Program-made: the position numbers and the translations under genes
Part shown: one piece after another, positions 37,017 through 50,049 of the stretch
Layout: the number at the start of each line of letters is the position of its first letter
Numbering within the stretch: position 1 is the first letter of the stretch
The notes under the pieces: generated by a model
The model's database searches: none
Seen by the model: only the letters and a program-made list of their open reading frames with translations
Told to the model about the DNA's origin: nothing
NCBI GenBank assembly: GCA_030390025.1
Contig: CM059438.1
Location: 63,614,001 to 63,678,000 of the forward strand
Length of the DNA stretch: 64,000 nt
Direction: 5' to 3'
Origin: Squalus acanthias
Taxonomy: Eukaryota

Positions 37017-37929
37017 ATTGGTTTTAATGGCAAGAAACTGGAGAGTACTGAAGTGCAAAGGGATCTGGGGGTCCTGGTGCACGAAACTCAAAAGGTTAGT
37101 ATGCAGGTGCAGCAAGTGATTAAGAAGGCAAATGGAATGTTGGCTTTCATTGCTAGGGGGATAGAATATAAAAATAGGGAGGTATTGCTTCAGTTATACA
37201 AGGTATTGGTGAGACCGCACCTGGAATACTGCATACAGTTTTGGTGTCCTTACTTAAGGAAAGACATCCTTGCTCTCGAGGCAGTGCAAAAAAGGTTCAC
37301 TCGGTTAATCCCGGGGATGAGGGGGTGGTCATATGAGGAGAGGTTGGGTAGATTGGGACTCTACTCATTGGAGTTCAGAAGAATGAGAGGCGATCTTATT
37401 GAAACATATAAGATTGTGAAGGGGTTGGATCGGGTGGATGCGGGGAGGATGTTCCCGATGACAGGTGAGACTAGAACTAGGGGACATAGTCTTAGAATAA
37501 GGGGCTGCTCTTTCAAAACTGAGATGAGGAGGAACTACTTCACTCAGAGGGTGGTAGGTCCATGGAATATGCTGCCACAAAAAGCTGTAGAAGCTACAAC
37601 ATTAATTAAATTTAAAACAGAAATAGACAGTTTCCTAGAAGTAAAGGGCATTAAGGGTTACGGGGAGCGGGCAGGAATTTGGACATGAGTCTAGGTTCGG
37701 ATCGGTCATGGCCCTGTGCGTAGTGGAGCGGGCCCAGGGACCGTGTAGCCTGATTCTGCTCCTATTTCGTGTGTGCAATTCTGTTAGATGCAGGAGATAG
37801 TTCTGTGATAGATAGTAGATTGGCGGTTAGGATCAGATCAGCCATGATCTTATTGAATGGCGGAGCAGGCTCGAGGGGCCGATTGGCCTACTCCTGCTCC
37901 TATTTCTTATGTTCTTATGTTCTTATGTT
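37017..37929 (+). mobile_element. CR1 3' fragment (same subfamily as 8958-9379)
   Basis: 224-aa open C-terminal frame; (TTCTTATG)n tail. Confidence 0.93.
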
Positions 37930-38529
37930 TTCGGTAAACGTCACATGAGCTTGTGGGAAGTCACCAGTTTTGTTGAACTTTAACCAGGCACTGACTAACC
38001 GCAAGATCACTGTGTGAGACAGGCGTGGTGTGCAATGGGTTAGACACCATGCTATGTGTGGTAAGGTGCGGGTTAACACCATTGATTCCTTATACAGTGA
38101 GCTCCCAGTGAAAGCCATATGGCCACAGGAAAGCACAGAGCCAAGGCCCAGATGCTTTTCCACAGGGAGAGGAAGGCAGAGGGAATGTGGTCTCAGCCTG
38201 CTCTCTTTCAGCATCTGGTAGCCAGCTATGGAGGTGTACTACAGGTGGCCTGGGAGTAGATCCTAGCCTGGAGTATGAAAGAATGTGGCTTAGGAGGAAG
38301 AATATCATGACGAAAATTGAATTTTTGTTTATGGTTCCTCTTGTTTTATGTAGTTGTAATAGGAGGCCATACCTTCATTAAAAGTCAGCATGTTTTCTTG
38401 GTAATATGTCTGGTTTAATGCCACAGTAGCTCTTTGAAGGAATGAAGTATTTTGGTGTGCTAGGGTCATTATGATAGTGTTGCTAAGGAATGATGCAGCA
38501 TAAGAACACTTCCTTCAATCTATAATAAT

Positions 38530-39640
38530 GGGCCAGAGAATCACCTGCAATGCCTTCTCTTCCCACTCCCGCACCATTACCTCTGGTGTCCCCCAAGGAT
38601 CTATCCTTGACCCCATCCTATTTCTCATCTATATGCTGCCCCTCGGCGACATCATCAGAAAACACGTCTGGTTCCACATGTACGCTGACAACACCCAGCT
38701 CTACCTCACCACCACCTCTCTCGACCCCGCCGCTGTCTCTAATTTGTTAAATTGCTTGTCCGACACCTAGTACAGGATGAGCAGAAATTTCCTCCAACTA
38801 AATATTGAGAAGACCGATGACATTGCCTACGGTCCCCACTACAAACTCCATTCCCTAGCCACTGACTCCATCCCTTTCCCTAGCATCTGTGTGAGGCTGA
38901 GCCAGACTGTTCGCAACCTTGGTATCGTATTTGATCACGAGATGAACTTCCAACCACAATCATTAAGACAGCCTCATACCCACACCATCACTAAGACAGC
39001 CTAATTCCACCTCCGTAACATTGCCCGACTCTGCCCCTGCCTCATCTCATCTGCTGCTGAAACCCTCATCCATGCCTTTGTTACCTTGACTATTCCAATG
39101 CACACCTGGCCGGCCTCCCATCTTCCACCCTCCATAAACTTAAGCTCATCAAACTCTGCTGCTCGTATCCTAACTCGCACCAAGTCCCATTCAACCATCG
39201 CCTCTGTGTTCATTGACCTACATTGACACCCAGTTAAGCAACGCCTCGAATTTTAAATTCTCATCCTTGTTTGCAAATCCCGCCATAGCCTCGCCCGCTC
39301 CATATCTCTGCAACCTCCTCCAGCCCTAGAACTCTCCTGAGGTATCTACGCTCCTCCAATGCTGGCCACTTGCGCATCCCCGATTTTAATCACTCCACTA
39401 TTGGCGGCCATGCCTTCAGATGCCTAGGCCCTAAGCTCTGGAATTCCCTCCCTAAACCTCTCCGCCTCTACCTCTCTTTCCTCCTTTAAGATGCTCCTTA
39501 AAACCTACCTCTTTCATCTGCCCTAATATCTCCTTATGTGGCTCGGTGTCAAATTTTGTTTGATAACGCTCCTGTGAGGCACCTTGGGATGTTTTACTAT
39601 GTTAAAGGTGCTATATAAATGCAAGTTGTTGTTGTTGTTG
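38530..39640 (+). mobile_element. L2-type LINE 3' fragment
   Basis: GVPQGS, YADNTQL; (TTG)n tail; matches reverse complement of 6048-7170. Confidence 0.9.
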
Positions 39641-39794
39641 GGCTGTGGAAGGAAGGGCTGCACGCTTCTGATCAAAAAAATCAATTATGGTAAAGGTGCT
39701 TTAAACTGGGTGTAAATAGTGAGTTACAATTGTTTCAAACCTAGACAATATATACTTGAGATCCTCATCAACACCCCCTGGTAATCATTCTCAG

Positions 39795-40016
39795 GCCTTT
39801 CTTCACACAACAAATTGTTATGATCTGGAATGCACTGTTAGAAAGAGTGGTGGAAACCGATTCAATAGCAACTTTCAAAAGGGAATTGGATATATACTTG
39901 AAATGGAAGAACTTGCAGGGCTATGGGGGAAAGAGCAGGGGGGAGTGGGATTAATTGGATCGCTTTTTCAAAGATGGGACGAATGGCCTCCTTCTGTGCT
40001 GTATGATTCTATGATT
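39795..40016 (+). mobile_element. Old CR1 3' fragment
   Basis: TGGCCTCCTTCTGTGCTGTATGATTCTATGAT tail; similar fragment at 43965-44095. Confidence 0.65.
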
Positions 40017-42894
40017 TGACAGACTGGCTTTCAAAGCAAGTGCGTGTTTTGAAAAGGAAGTATGAGTATTAAAAACAGCACATTTTATGTATTCGCACTA
40101 AGGTTCCTCTTGCTGCGTGACAGGGAATGGCTTAAGCTCACAAAATTCATACACAGACTGTATTCTGTTTTTGTCGAGGAATAAAAATGTTAGTTTTTCT
40201 GAGAAGTTTCATCTCAAATTCAGTAAGAAGAATTCAAAGGGTCTAGTCTGATTTGTCTGATTGAGGAACCACCCCAATGAAATGTTTCCAGACTCCTGGT
40301 GCTGTATTGGACTGTTCAAAATTTTACCTATAATGCTGCCCTCTGAAACAATTAAATTCTTGAATAAAGCTGCTTAGTAGTTTAGCTTGTTACGAAGGTG
40401 TGGCTGATATCATCCATCTTCTGAAGTGACTTGCGGTATTGTGGGCCCGAGCTGCGATCCTTCACAAGGATGCAATAAATTGGTGGATCATTTGCCCTGC
40501 TGCAGACATGTTCTGAGTGCTAAATGCGTACGGTTAAGTTTTCAGATCATTGAGAGCCAGGCTCACCTATGAAAGTTATGCTTTTGGTTGAGAATGAGTT
40601 CAAAAGTATTGGGAGCAAGCCCAAATAATAATGAAGAGAGTACCAAATAATTGACCAAAACAGAGAAACGTGTGCTTGATTCAAGTCTAGGCCCTTACTG
40701 TGGTTACTCTTATTTATTCCTGTCTCCTTCCTGTGCTACTCATTCAATGTGAACATTTATAAAGTCTTTTTAATATTGATATTTTTACCCAATTTAATGC
40801 TATTTTCTTCCCTCTCTGGACTCTTCTTGCTGCATCATGCACTATTACCCAATATAGGGAGGACACAGGCAACCTTGACACTTGCCAAGGCCCCTCTCTG
40901 CTGGTTGCTGGGTGAAGGACAAGACGCACTGACTTCTGTCACTGTGGCAAAGCACTCTGCCTTCACTCTTTACCTGTCCCTCATTCATTGCCTTCCCCTG
41001 ATTGGAAATGTGCAGTGTGGAGAGTGACGGCTACAAACAAGTGCCTGGCCATTCAGACCATCACCAGGCAGAACTTGAAACAGATAGCAAGCAAAATAAA
41101 AATGACTCATGCATCTGATCGAACCCAAACTCAAGCTGTGATCTGCCTGCTGTCTGTGATTAATCCCAATCTGTTTCCTATCTCCATCTCACTTGTCATT
41201 CAGTTTTGGTTTCCTGGCTAATGTGTCTGCTTGAATGTGCCTGCTATTCAGAAGCTCCTCAAAGTCTGGTCTTTTTCCCTTCCCATTCCCTTTCCAAATG
41301 TAATCGTCTATATACATGTTATGCTCCTTGCTATAGAGGGCAGCCAGGTCCTATATTTACTGCATGGATTGTCTTCTCTCTTCAGGAGTCCTATTTGAGA
41401 AATGGAGGGGGGATCCTTCACCCGCCCCCCCCAACCATCCAGTTTTCCCATATCCCACAGATGGTCTAACCTCATGAAACACAGCCACTCCAGAAAACCT
41501 GAGTGTGAATGCGACTTTGAGTAGACCTTCCAACTTTTGAAAGTTGGCATCAGGAAGTTAAGATTATGACATTGGGGAGATTTGCCAGTCTGTCAGTGAT
41601 GTTTTGCTATCTCACACCAGAGTGTCTATTGATACCACGGTGTCAGCCAATGAGTTGGAGGTGGGGTGGGACTTATGATTGACAGGGGAGTTACCCAATC
41701 ATCTCCATTCTGGCCCAGAATAGTGGTGTCACTATAAGCAGCCATCTCACACTTGTACCTGTTTGCTTACATCCCACTGTTCCTAGGTAAATATAGCTTT
41801 ATATATAGGGTATATTTAAACATACACTCATACATATTTGCCATGGCTACTCTCTGCTAGTTTGTAGAAGATGCATGGATGGACTCAGTTGCAGTCTTCC
41901 CCAGTCACTTTGGGAGAGCACTCTGTCTTTGCTTATTGCCTTTCCCAGATCTATTGCCCTGCCTGAATGGAAACAATCCATGGTTGTCCTCCAGGCAGCA
42001 TTGAATATGCATTCAGCACACAGGTGCTAACGTTTATGAATAAAGCCATTTTTTTTTACTCTCATAATAAAAGAAAGCCTAGATTTACCTTTTAAAGCTT
42101 TAGCAATCTATCATTTCCACAAATTAATTAGCTTTTAAGATGTTTATTTGGAGAAATTACTATCGGAAGGAATTTAATTTTTTAATGCTGCAGATTTTAG
42201 TGCGATAAGTAAGCACAATGACTTTAGCGCTGTAAACTTGCTCATGGATAATCTGAGGTCTGGAACATGGTTGTAGTGTTGAGCTGGTGATGTGGAGCTG
42301 TTTGACCCGGCCTGTTGTTGTGGGAAGTTTATGTCAATTGGAACATAGGAACAGGAGTGGGCCATTCAGCCCCTCGAGCCTGTTTCTCCAATCAATTAGA
42401 CCATGGCTGATCTGTAGATTGGCAGCTGTTGGTAAATTTCTTGCCTTTGGGGAGAGGCCAGGTTACCAAGCAGGAAATGATTGGCTTTTCCCCCCCTCTA
42501 CTTTTGAATGCTGTGGATTTTAATGCTCGAATTATGCGAGCACAAGAGATTTTTATTTTGTGCACTTGGGCCCCGATTTTTACCTCACTTACTGGACAGC
42601 AAGAGGAAAACCCAGAGTACAGAACTTACCCATTCCCGCTTTGGTTCCTCTTGCCGCCATTTTGAATAGGCCTTCAGATACCCAGCTAAGCCTCCCACTG
42701 GGAACAGGTGGGAGTGCCATTATACAATGCAAATAAGAGACCTATAATGCTAGGAATGCATTTTTTTTTTAGTATATAGTCCTGTGCCTGTATTAATAAT
42801 CGTCATGATGTGGAGATGCCGGCGTTGGACTGGGGTGGACAAAAATGAGAAGTCGCACAACACCAGGTTATAGTCCAACAGATTTATTTAATTT

Positions 42895-42930
42895 TACAAG
42901 CTTTCGGAGCTGTCGCTCCTTCTTCAGGTA
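42895..42930 (-). ncRNA. Minimal hammerhead ribozyme motif, inverted copy
   Basis: Exact reverse complement of 43854-43889. Confidence 0.78.
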
Positions 42931-42937
42931 GGGTAGC

Positions 42938-43627
42938 GAAAACCGCATAGACCTCCTCAGAAGACGAACACGGGACACAACCAACAGAGTACCCTACGTC
43001 GTCCAGTACTTCCACGGAGCGGAAAAACTACGCCATGTTCTTCGCAGCCTTCAACATGTCATCGATGACGCCGAACACCTTGCTAAGGCCATCCCCACGC
43101 CTCCACTACTCGCCTTCAAGCAGCCGCCTAACCTCAAAAGTACCATCGTTCGCAGCAGATTACCCATCTTTCAGGAGAACAGCAACCACGACACCACACA
43201 ACCCTGCCACGGCAACCTCTGCAAGACATGCCAGATCATGGACACAGATACCATCATCACACGTGAGGACACTACCCACCAGGTACATGGTACATACTCA
43301 TGTGACTCGGCCAACGTTGTCTACCTGATACGTTGCAGTAAAGGATGCCCCAGAGCATGGTACATCAGCGAGACCATGCAGACACTGAGACAACGTATGA
43401 ACGGACACCGCGCAACAATCGCCAGGCAGGAGGGTTGCCTCCCAGTCGGGGAACACTTCAGCAGTCAGGGGCATTCAGCCTCGGATCTGCGGGTAAGCGT
43501 TCTCCAAGGCGGCCTTCGGGATACACGACAGCGCAAAATCATAGAGCAGAATCTGATAGCCAAGTTCCGCACTCATGAGGATGGCCTCAATCGCGATATC
43601 GGGTTCATGTCACGATACAGAACGTGA
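42938..43627 (+). pseudogene. Penelope ORF C-terminus: Cys-rich linker + GIY-YIG endonuclease
   Basis: Open frame: LAFKQPPNLK, PCHGNLCKTC, NVVYLIRC..YISET..LRQRMNGH..GLNRD. Confidence 0.88.
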
Positions 43628-43853
43628 CTTGACATCATGGCCGGTCTTTCCAGGTTTAAAAAAAAAATAACACAAGAACCAACACAAAGGGAGAGGATAT
43701 GCAGCCAGCAGGTGTTTTGACACGTTGGACCCCCTGGGACACATCTCATTGTCTTGGCTGTGCTCTTAGTGTGTCTTTGATGTAGGGAAAGATTTGAATA
43801 CATTTTTTCTGTGTTTATATTGTGAATTCTGGGAGATTCTCTCACAGCTACCC

Positions 43854-43889
43854 TACCTGAAGAAGGAGCGACAGCTCCGAAAGCTTGTA
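43854..43889 (+). ncRNA. Minimal hammerhead ribozyme motif (family A)
   Basis: TAC-CTGAAGA-A-GGAGC-GACA-GCTCC-GAAAG-CTT-GTA. Confidence 0.78.
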
Positions 43890-44379
43890 AAATTAAATAA
43901 ATCTGTTGGACTATAACCTGGTGTTGTGCGACTTCTCATTTTTGTATTAATAATGAGTACTCAGAATTGGATAACATTTCCAGGGCTATCGGACAAGAGC
44001 AGGGGAGTGGGAAGAATTGGATGGCTCTTTCAAAGAGCAAACACAGGCATGATGGGACAAATGGCCTCCTTCTGTGCAGCATGATTCTATGATTACCTAT
44101 TATTAAAATGCAGCAACAGGTTCTTCCTTGCTGAGGGTGCCTTTCCAAGACACTTGCATTCTCTGAGCAGCTCTTGGAAGAAGTTTTAATGTGAGTGAGG
44201 TGGTGAACGGCACTGATTGTGTTAATAACCAGGATATCTGGGCACAAAAAAAAGGCCTACCAGAGACCGAAGTGTCAGAGTTCACACAAAAATATTCAGA
44301 AACGAACGAGTAGGAAAAGTAATTATAGTTCTCTCATTAACCTCAAATGCTGAACTGTAATCTTAATTCATAGTGTCCT

Positions 44380-44600
44380 GGACAATATTTATCCTTCAAC
44401 CAACATAACTACAAAACAGATTATCTGGTCATTATCACATTGCTGTTTGTGGGAGCTTGCTGTGCACAAATTGGCTGCAATGTTTCCTACATTACAGCAG
44501 TGACTACACTTCAAAAGTACTTCATTGGCTGTAAAGCACTTTGGGATGTCCTGAGGTTGTGAAAAGCGCTGTAGAAATGCAAGTCTTTCTTTCTTTTCTT
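44380..44600 (+). mobile_element. Deu-domain SINE 3' half
   Basis: Core end and tail. Confidence 0.8.
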
Positions 44601-46605
44601 CTATAACAATTGATCGATGCATTCATATTTTGGGGACTGAAGCACCTTCTCAAAGTTCATATTTTTCCAGCAGATGAAAGCCGCAGCTAATTCTTTTTTT
44701 TCTGTCAGTGTCCTGCTGAACCAATGACGCTGCAATAAAAGAAATGAGCCGTTGGACATTTCTTGGCCTGTTTTGATCAGGGGACATCAGCCCAGTGCTG
44801 GAAAGTGGGAGGTGGAATTAGACGCGTGAATAGCACGACAGAAAATTTCTGTACTTGCACTGATCTCTGACCCAGCTGAAAATTGGAGTCTGAGGCACTG
44901 GTTTCTGACAGGTAGAGTGGAACCTCCATTACCTGCCATGATGGAGGGAACTCCCTCCCTTATGGGTAATGAAAACTAACACATAATCTGCAGACCCCTG
45001 TCCTAACTCCGACACAATGAGTTCTGATTGGTTCTATTTAGATTCCGAATCAAGTTCCCAGCATGTGTAGATAAGACTGCATTTTACCATTTAAAAAAAA
45101 TTAGATATTGGTTTCCTGACCAGAATCTAAATATCAGAGCTGCAGGGACAGCAAATTCTACCTGGTTCTGGACAAGCAGATAACAGCTACTTATCCTGTT
45201 GGATCAGGGACACAGAGCCTGAGGGAATAAATTTAAAGTAGACAATTATGGGAAACTAAACTTCAACACCAACATTAAAAAGTCTCTTGTGGATAATTGA
45301 GTGCAGATAATGAGGGTAAAGATACGAAGAAGAACTTGCAGTTTACATCTCTCAAGGGCCTCACAAAGTGCTGCACACTGGAATTACATTATGCTGTCAC
45401 TGTTATTAGGTGGGTAAAAGCATTTTACACACAGTAAGGTCCCACAAACAGCAGTGAAATGAATGACCTGATCATTTTTTGTTGGCGGTGGCGGTTGAGA
45501 GAGGAACATTGGCCAGGACGCAACAACCACTTACATTTATATAGCGCCTTTAACGTAGTAAAATGTCCCAACACCAGAAGGACCCTTTCCTCTCTTCTTT
45601 GACGTCTACCTGAGCATCTTCAGCAGGCCGGACTGTGACTGATGAGAGTTCCCAACTCAAATTGCAAGAAGTTCTGCATTTTTCACTATCTGTTTGAGAT
45701 GTGGTTAGGCACTTCAGTCTTCATTACTACAGCCTCAGATTATCTGTTGGGGGAAAGAATCCACATTCCTCGAGTATGGCTGGGAATGCCACAAACAGTT
45801 AGTCTGCCTTTTGTTGGGAGGCAAGATGTCAGCTCAACCATTCATGATTGATTATTTGATCATCTCAAGGCCATTGCAAAAAGGCAAAAGGCCTGCGGGG
45901 ACAGGGGTTGATTGACAGCTCCTTGCCTCGGCAAAGAGATGTATTTGAATTTTTTCTGCCAGTTCTTTAGTTCGTCTCAGCCCATTAGGGTGGAAGCTGA
46001 AAACAATGTAATGGTGGATGAGACCTCACCTACAAGTTATGTTGCTGGCATTGATCCATGTTCAGTACTGTATCACTAAAGGAGTCGGCGACGTACTCCT
46101 ACTTTTATTATTTTTATACCACAGGAAGTATAAGTTGAAAGTTCTGGAATGAAGTGAAATCTGTTTCACTGATTTTCCATTACTATTTAATTGTTACTTT
46201 TAATAAACCTGATCTGTAGTTTATAGCCTAAGTCATACAGTCTGGTAGAGAGTTTATTCTTCTGCTATCTGAAGACTAGGACAACACAGAAGAACTCTTG
46301 TCAGTTCCAGAAGCTATTATAATAATGAGGGTTTCTATCCAACACTTGGACATTGCTACATTACCAGATATTGTGCACATAATGTCACACTCAGATTTGT
46401 AGGGCTCACTTATTGAAGAAATAGTGATCGTAGGGCGAACTCCTTTAAATAGTGCCATGGGATCTTTGATGTCAATCTGATTCACCAGTCTCATCTGAAG
46501 GTTGGCACCTGGGACAAAGTAGCATTCCCTCAGTATGGCAGTGAAGTGTCAGCCTAGATCATGTGCTATACTGAGGGAGTGCTGCATCATTGAAGTTTCT
46601 ATATC

Positions 46606-47878
46606 ATCGATTCTTATAGCACAGAAGGAGGCCAATCAGCCCAGCACGCCTTTGAAAGTGTTATCCAATTAGTCCCACTCCCCTGCTCTGTCCCCATAGT
46701 CTTTCAATGTTTTCCTTTTCAAGGATATATACATTTCCCTTTTGAAAGTCACTATTGAATCTGCTTCCACCTTTCAGGCAGTGCATTCTAGATCATAACA
46801 ACCTGATACATAGAAATTTTTCTCTTTATCTCCCCCCCCAGGCTTTTTTGCCAATTATCTTAAATCTGTGCCCTCCGGTTACCGACAAGGTTCCCGCTAA
46901 GCTGTGCAGCGCTCTGGAGGCCCCGCACAGGCCGCTCACCGGCTTTTCAATGGGAATAACCGTGAATGCGGGAAAAATTGAATGGGCTGCGCAGACATTT
47001 AAAGGGCCCGTGCATCAAAAAAAAATAATAGGGAACATTGGTTACCGACCCTTCTGCCACTGGAAACTGTTTCTCCCTATCTACTCTTCCAAAACCCTCA
47101 TAATTTTGAACACCTCTATTAAATCTCCCCTTAACCTTCTCTGCTGTAAGGGAAACAATCCCAGCTTCTCTAGTCTCTCCACATAACTGAAGTCCTTCAT
47201 CCCTGGTACCATCCTCTGCACCCTCTCCAAGGCCTTGACATCCTTCCTAAAGTGTGGTGCCCAGAATTGGACACAATACTCCAGCTGAGGCCTAACCAGT
47301 CATTTATGAAGGTTTAGCATAACTTCCTTGCTTTTCTATTCTATACCTCTATTTATAAATCCAAGTATCCCGTATGCTTGTTTAACAGCCTTATTAGCTT
47401 GTTCTACCACCTTCAAAGATTTGTGTATGTGAACCCTCCAGGTCTCTCTGTTCCTGTACATCCTTTAAAATTGTACCATTTAATTTATATTGCCTCTCAT
47501 TTTTCCTTTCAAAATGCATCACTTCACACTTCTCTGCGTTAAATTTCATCTGCCAATATATCTGCACATTTCATCAGTTTGACTAAGTCCTCCTGAAGTT
47601 TGCTATTATCCTCCTCACTGTTTACTACATTTCCAAGTTTTTTGTCATCTGTAAACTTTGAACTACTATACCCAAGCCCAGGTCATTAATATATAATATA
47701 TATATATATAAAAACAGTGGTTCTAATACCGACCCCTGGGGGACATCACTGTATACTTACTTCCCTTAGGTCTGAGAAACAACCATTCACCATTACGCGT
47801 GCTTTCTGTCTTGCAGCCAATTTCATATTCATGCTGCCACTGTCCCTTTAATCCCATAGGCTTCAATTTTGCTAACCT
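46606..47878 (-). mobile_element. Old CR1 3' fragment
   Basis: KIEAYGIKGTVAA peptide and CR1 tail; similar to 10026-11450. Confidence 0.8.
46886..47040. mobile_element. 155-bp hAT-like MITE
   Basis: TIR CAAGGTTCCC/GGGAACATTG; perfect 8-bp TSD GTTACCGA. Confidence 0.85.
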
Positions 47879-48049
47879 GTTTAGAGCAAATTACATCTGA
47901 GATGCACCACTCTCTTGTCAGGCAGCTGATGTCTACACATGCAGATGCACAACTAAACTCACCAGTGTCCATATGCCTATTCAATGTGAAGAGCTGATGG
48001 GGCTGTCCATTCTTTGTTGACACAGAAATGTTAAAATTTTAAATTTAAT

Positions 48050-48450
48050 CGGTCTTATAATTCTCATCCTAGTATTCAAATCCCTCCATGGCTTCGCCCC
48101 CTCGCTATCTCTGTAACCTCCTCCAGCTCTACAACCCTCCGAGAACTCTGCGTTCCTCCAATTCTGGCCTCTTGAGCACCTTCAATTTTAATCGCTCCAC
48201 CATCGGCGGCCGTGCTTTCAGCTGCCTGGGCCCTAAACTCTGGAATTCCCTACCTAAACCTCTCCTTCTCTCTACCTCTCCCTCCTCTTTTAAGATGCTG
48301 CTTTATAGCTGCACTATAGCTTTTGGTCATCTGTCCTAATATCTCCTTATGTGGCTCGGTGTCAAATTTTGTTTGATAACGCTCCTGTGAAGCGCCTTGG
48401 GACGTTTTACTGTGGTACAGACGCTATATAATTGCAAGTTGCTGTTGTGG
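48050..48450 (+). mobile_element. L2-type LINE 3' fragment
   Basis: RSTIGGRAFSCLGPKLWNSLP and tail. Confidence 0.85.
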
Positions 48451-49350
48451 TTATAAATTAAATTTAACGAAGTCTATATTGCACTACCTGCGACTGATGT
48501 GCGCAAGACTGTTTTCTTCAGGTGACCTTACATCAGTTCCCAAAGTGCAATGCGCCTTCAATTTGGTGACTTCATTCTCCAGTTGCACGATAGATTTTGC
48601 ATTAATGCAATGAGTAAACCAAGGCACCTCAGTTCAGAAACTGTAATACAATTCACTGCTGCAGAATTGAGCTAATTAATGATAGTGCAATTGACAATCA
48701 ATGTTTAAGACCCCAATGCTATGTAAGTGTGATCAATGGCTGATACTTGGGTCTTATGTCCGCACATTTGATACTGGGAATGGCCTGTATGTCTGACAGA
48801 GTCTATGGGGGGTTTAAAATTTGGGGTCTACTCCAGATATTTTCTTTCATTCAGCATCAGCGGTCACTCCATTTCACATCCCTGCATCCCTTAGGAGCAG
48901 GACTTTATCCGCACTGCCTGTTAACTGTTTATCTGATAGCGTGACTCAGAGCTGTAACAATGAGACCCTCTTGTTTACAAGCACTGGATATCATGATCTT
49001 CGGCCAGACACAAATCGTTAAGCTGTTTTATTTTATAGTCAACAAATGAATGTAGAGAGAAACCATTATAGCAAATCTCACCTTTCTCGTAACCCAGGAA
49101 TTAATAAAACACACCACACTATACCTGTTAGTGGGCTAAGTACCAGCTTCATTTGGTGAACCCTTTCACTGACTCTGACTAAGCCTTGCTCTTGTAGCCT
49201 GGTAGACTCTCTTCTTAATATAGACTGGAACAGGAGTAGGCTGTTCAGTCCCTTGAGATCTATAATTAGATCATGGCTGATCTGCATTTTGACTCCATTT
49301 ACCCACCTTTGCTCCATATCCCTTGATACCCTTACCAAACAAAACTCTAT

Positions 49351-50049
49351 GGGGGAAAAATTGGGTTGCACCCCCTTTGGGGCGTTAACTTCGCCAGCGC
49401 CCCGAAAAAGTTAGCGCCCCCGCGCCCGAAATTCACCAGTAGTGCCCCAAGAGGGAGGCGGGGTGCTGCGAGTGAATACCGCGTCGCTATGTGCAGCAGC
49501 GCCACACTCTGTGGCATGTCGCGCCGCGGTACTGCAGGCCTTCTTCCCCCTATTAAAAAGGAGGGGCTTAGCGTAGTGCGACCCGAAGCCCAGCTGGGCC
49601 ACCAGGGATCGGAGTGCCGGCAAAAAAGCCCGGCACTCAAGAGAAGTGCCGGGTTCACGGTGGGGGTGGGGGGCTGCTCAGGAGGCCGGGGACAGCAACG
49701 GGGGCAGGTGCTGGCAGGCGGCCAGCAACAAAAATGGCCGCCCGCCACCTCCCCTTTAATTTGCGCCGCCCCGGCCGCAGGTAGGCCCCCCTAACCCCGT
49801 CGGACATAGCGTCCGGCGGTAAGTCAGGGGGCGCTACCGAAGATTGCGGCCGGGGCGCTGTGCATGGTGATGACATCATCGCCGGCAGCGCAGCGCCGCG
49901 GGGCGCTAACTGTTACCGCCGCCGCTAACCTCCTGCTGAATTTTGCGGGAGGCATTGGCGGCACCGCGCCCGGGCGCTAGTTGCTTTGCGCCCCGTTAGG
50001 CCCTCTTAGGGTGCTAACGGGAGGCGCAAATCAACCGAATTTTTAGGCC
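49351..50049. mobile_element. Harbinger-like MITE, TSD TAT, inside a CR1 tail
   Basis: GGGGGAAAAATT...AATTTTTAGGCC; TAT both sides. Confidence 0.88.

Larger units (their letters stand above)
42801..43942 (+). mobile_element. Penelope-like element family A, 5'-truncated with inverted terminal repeat
   Basis: 42841-42937 is the inverse of 43847-43943; 12-bp TSD TGTATTAATAAT. Confidence 0.92.
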
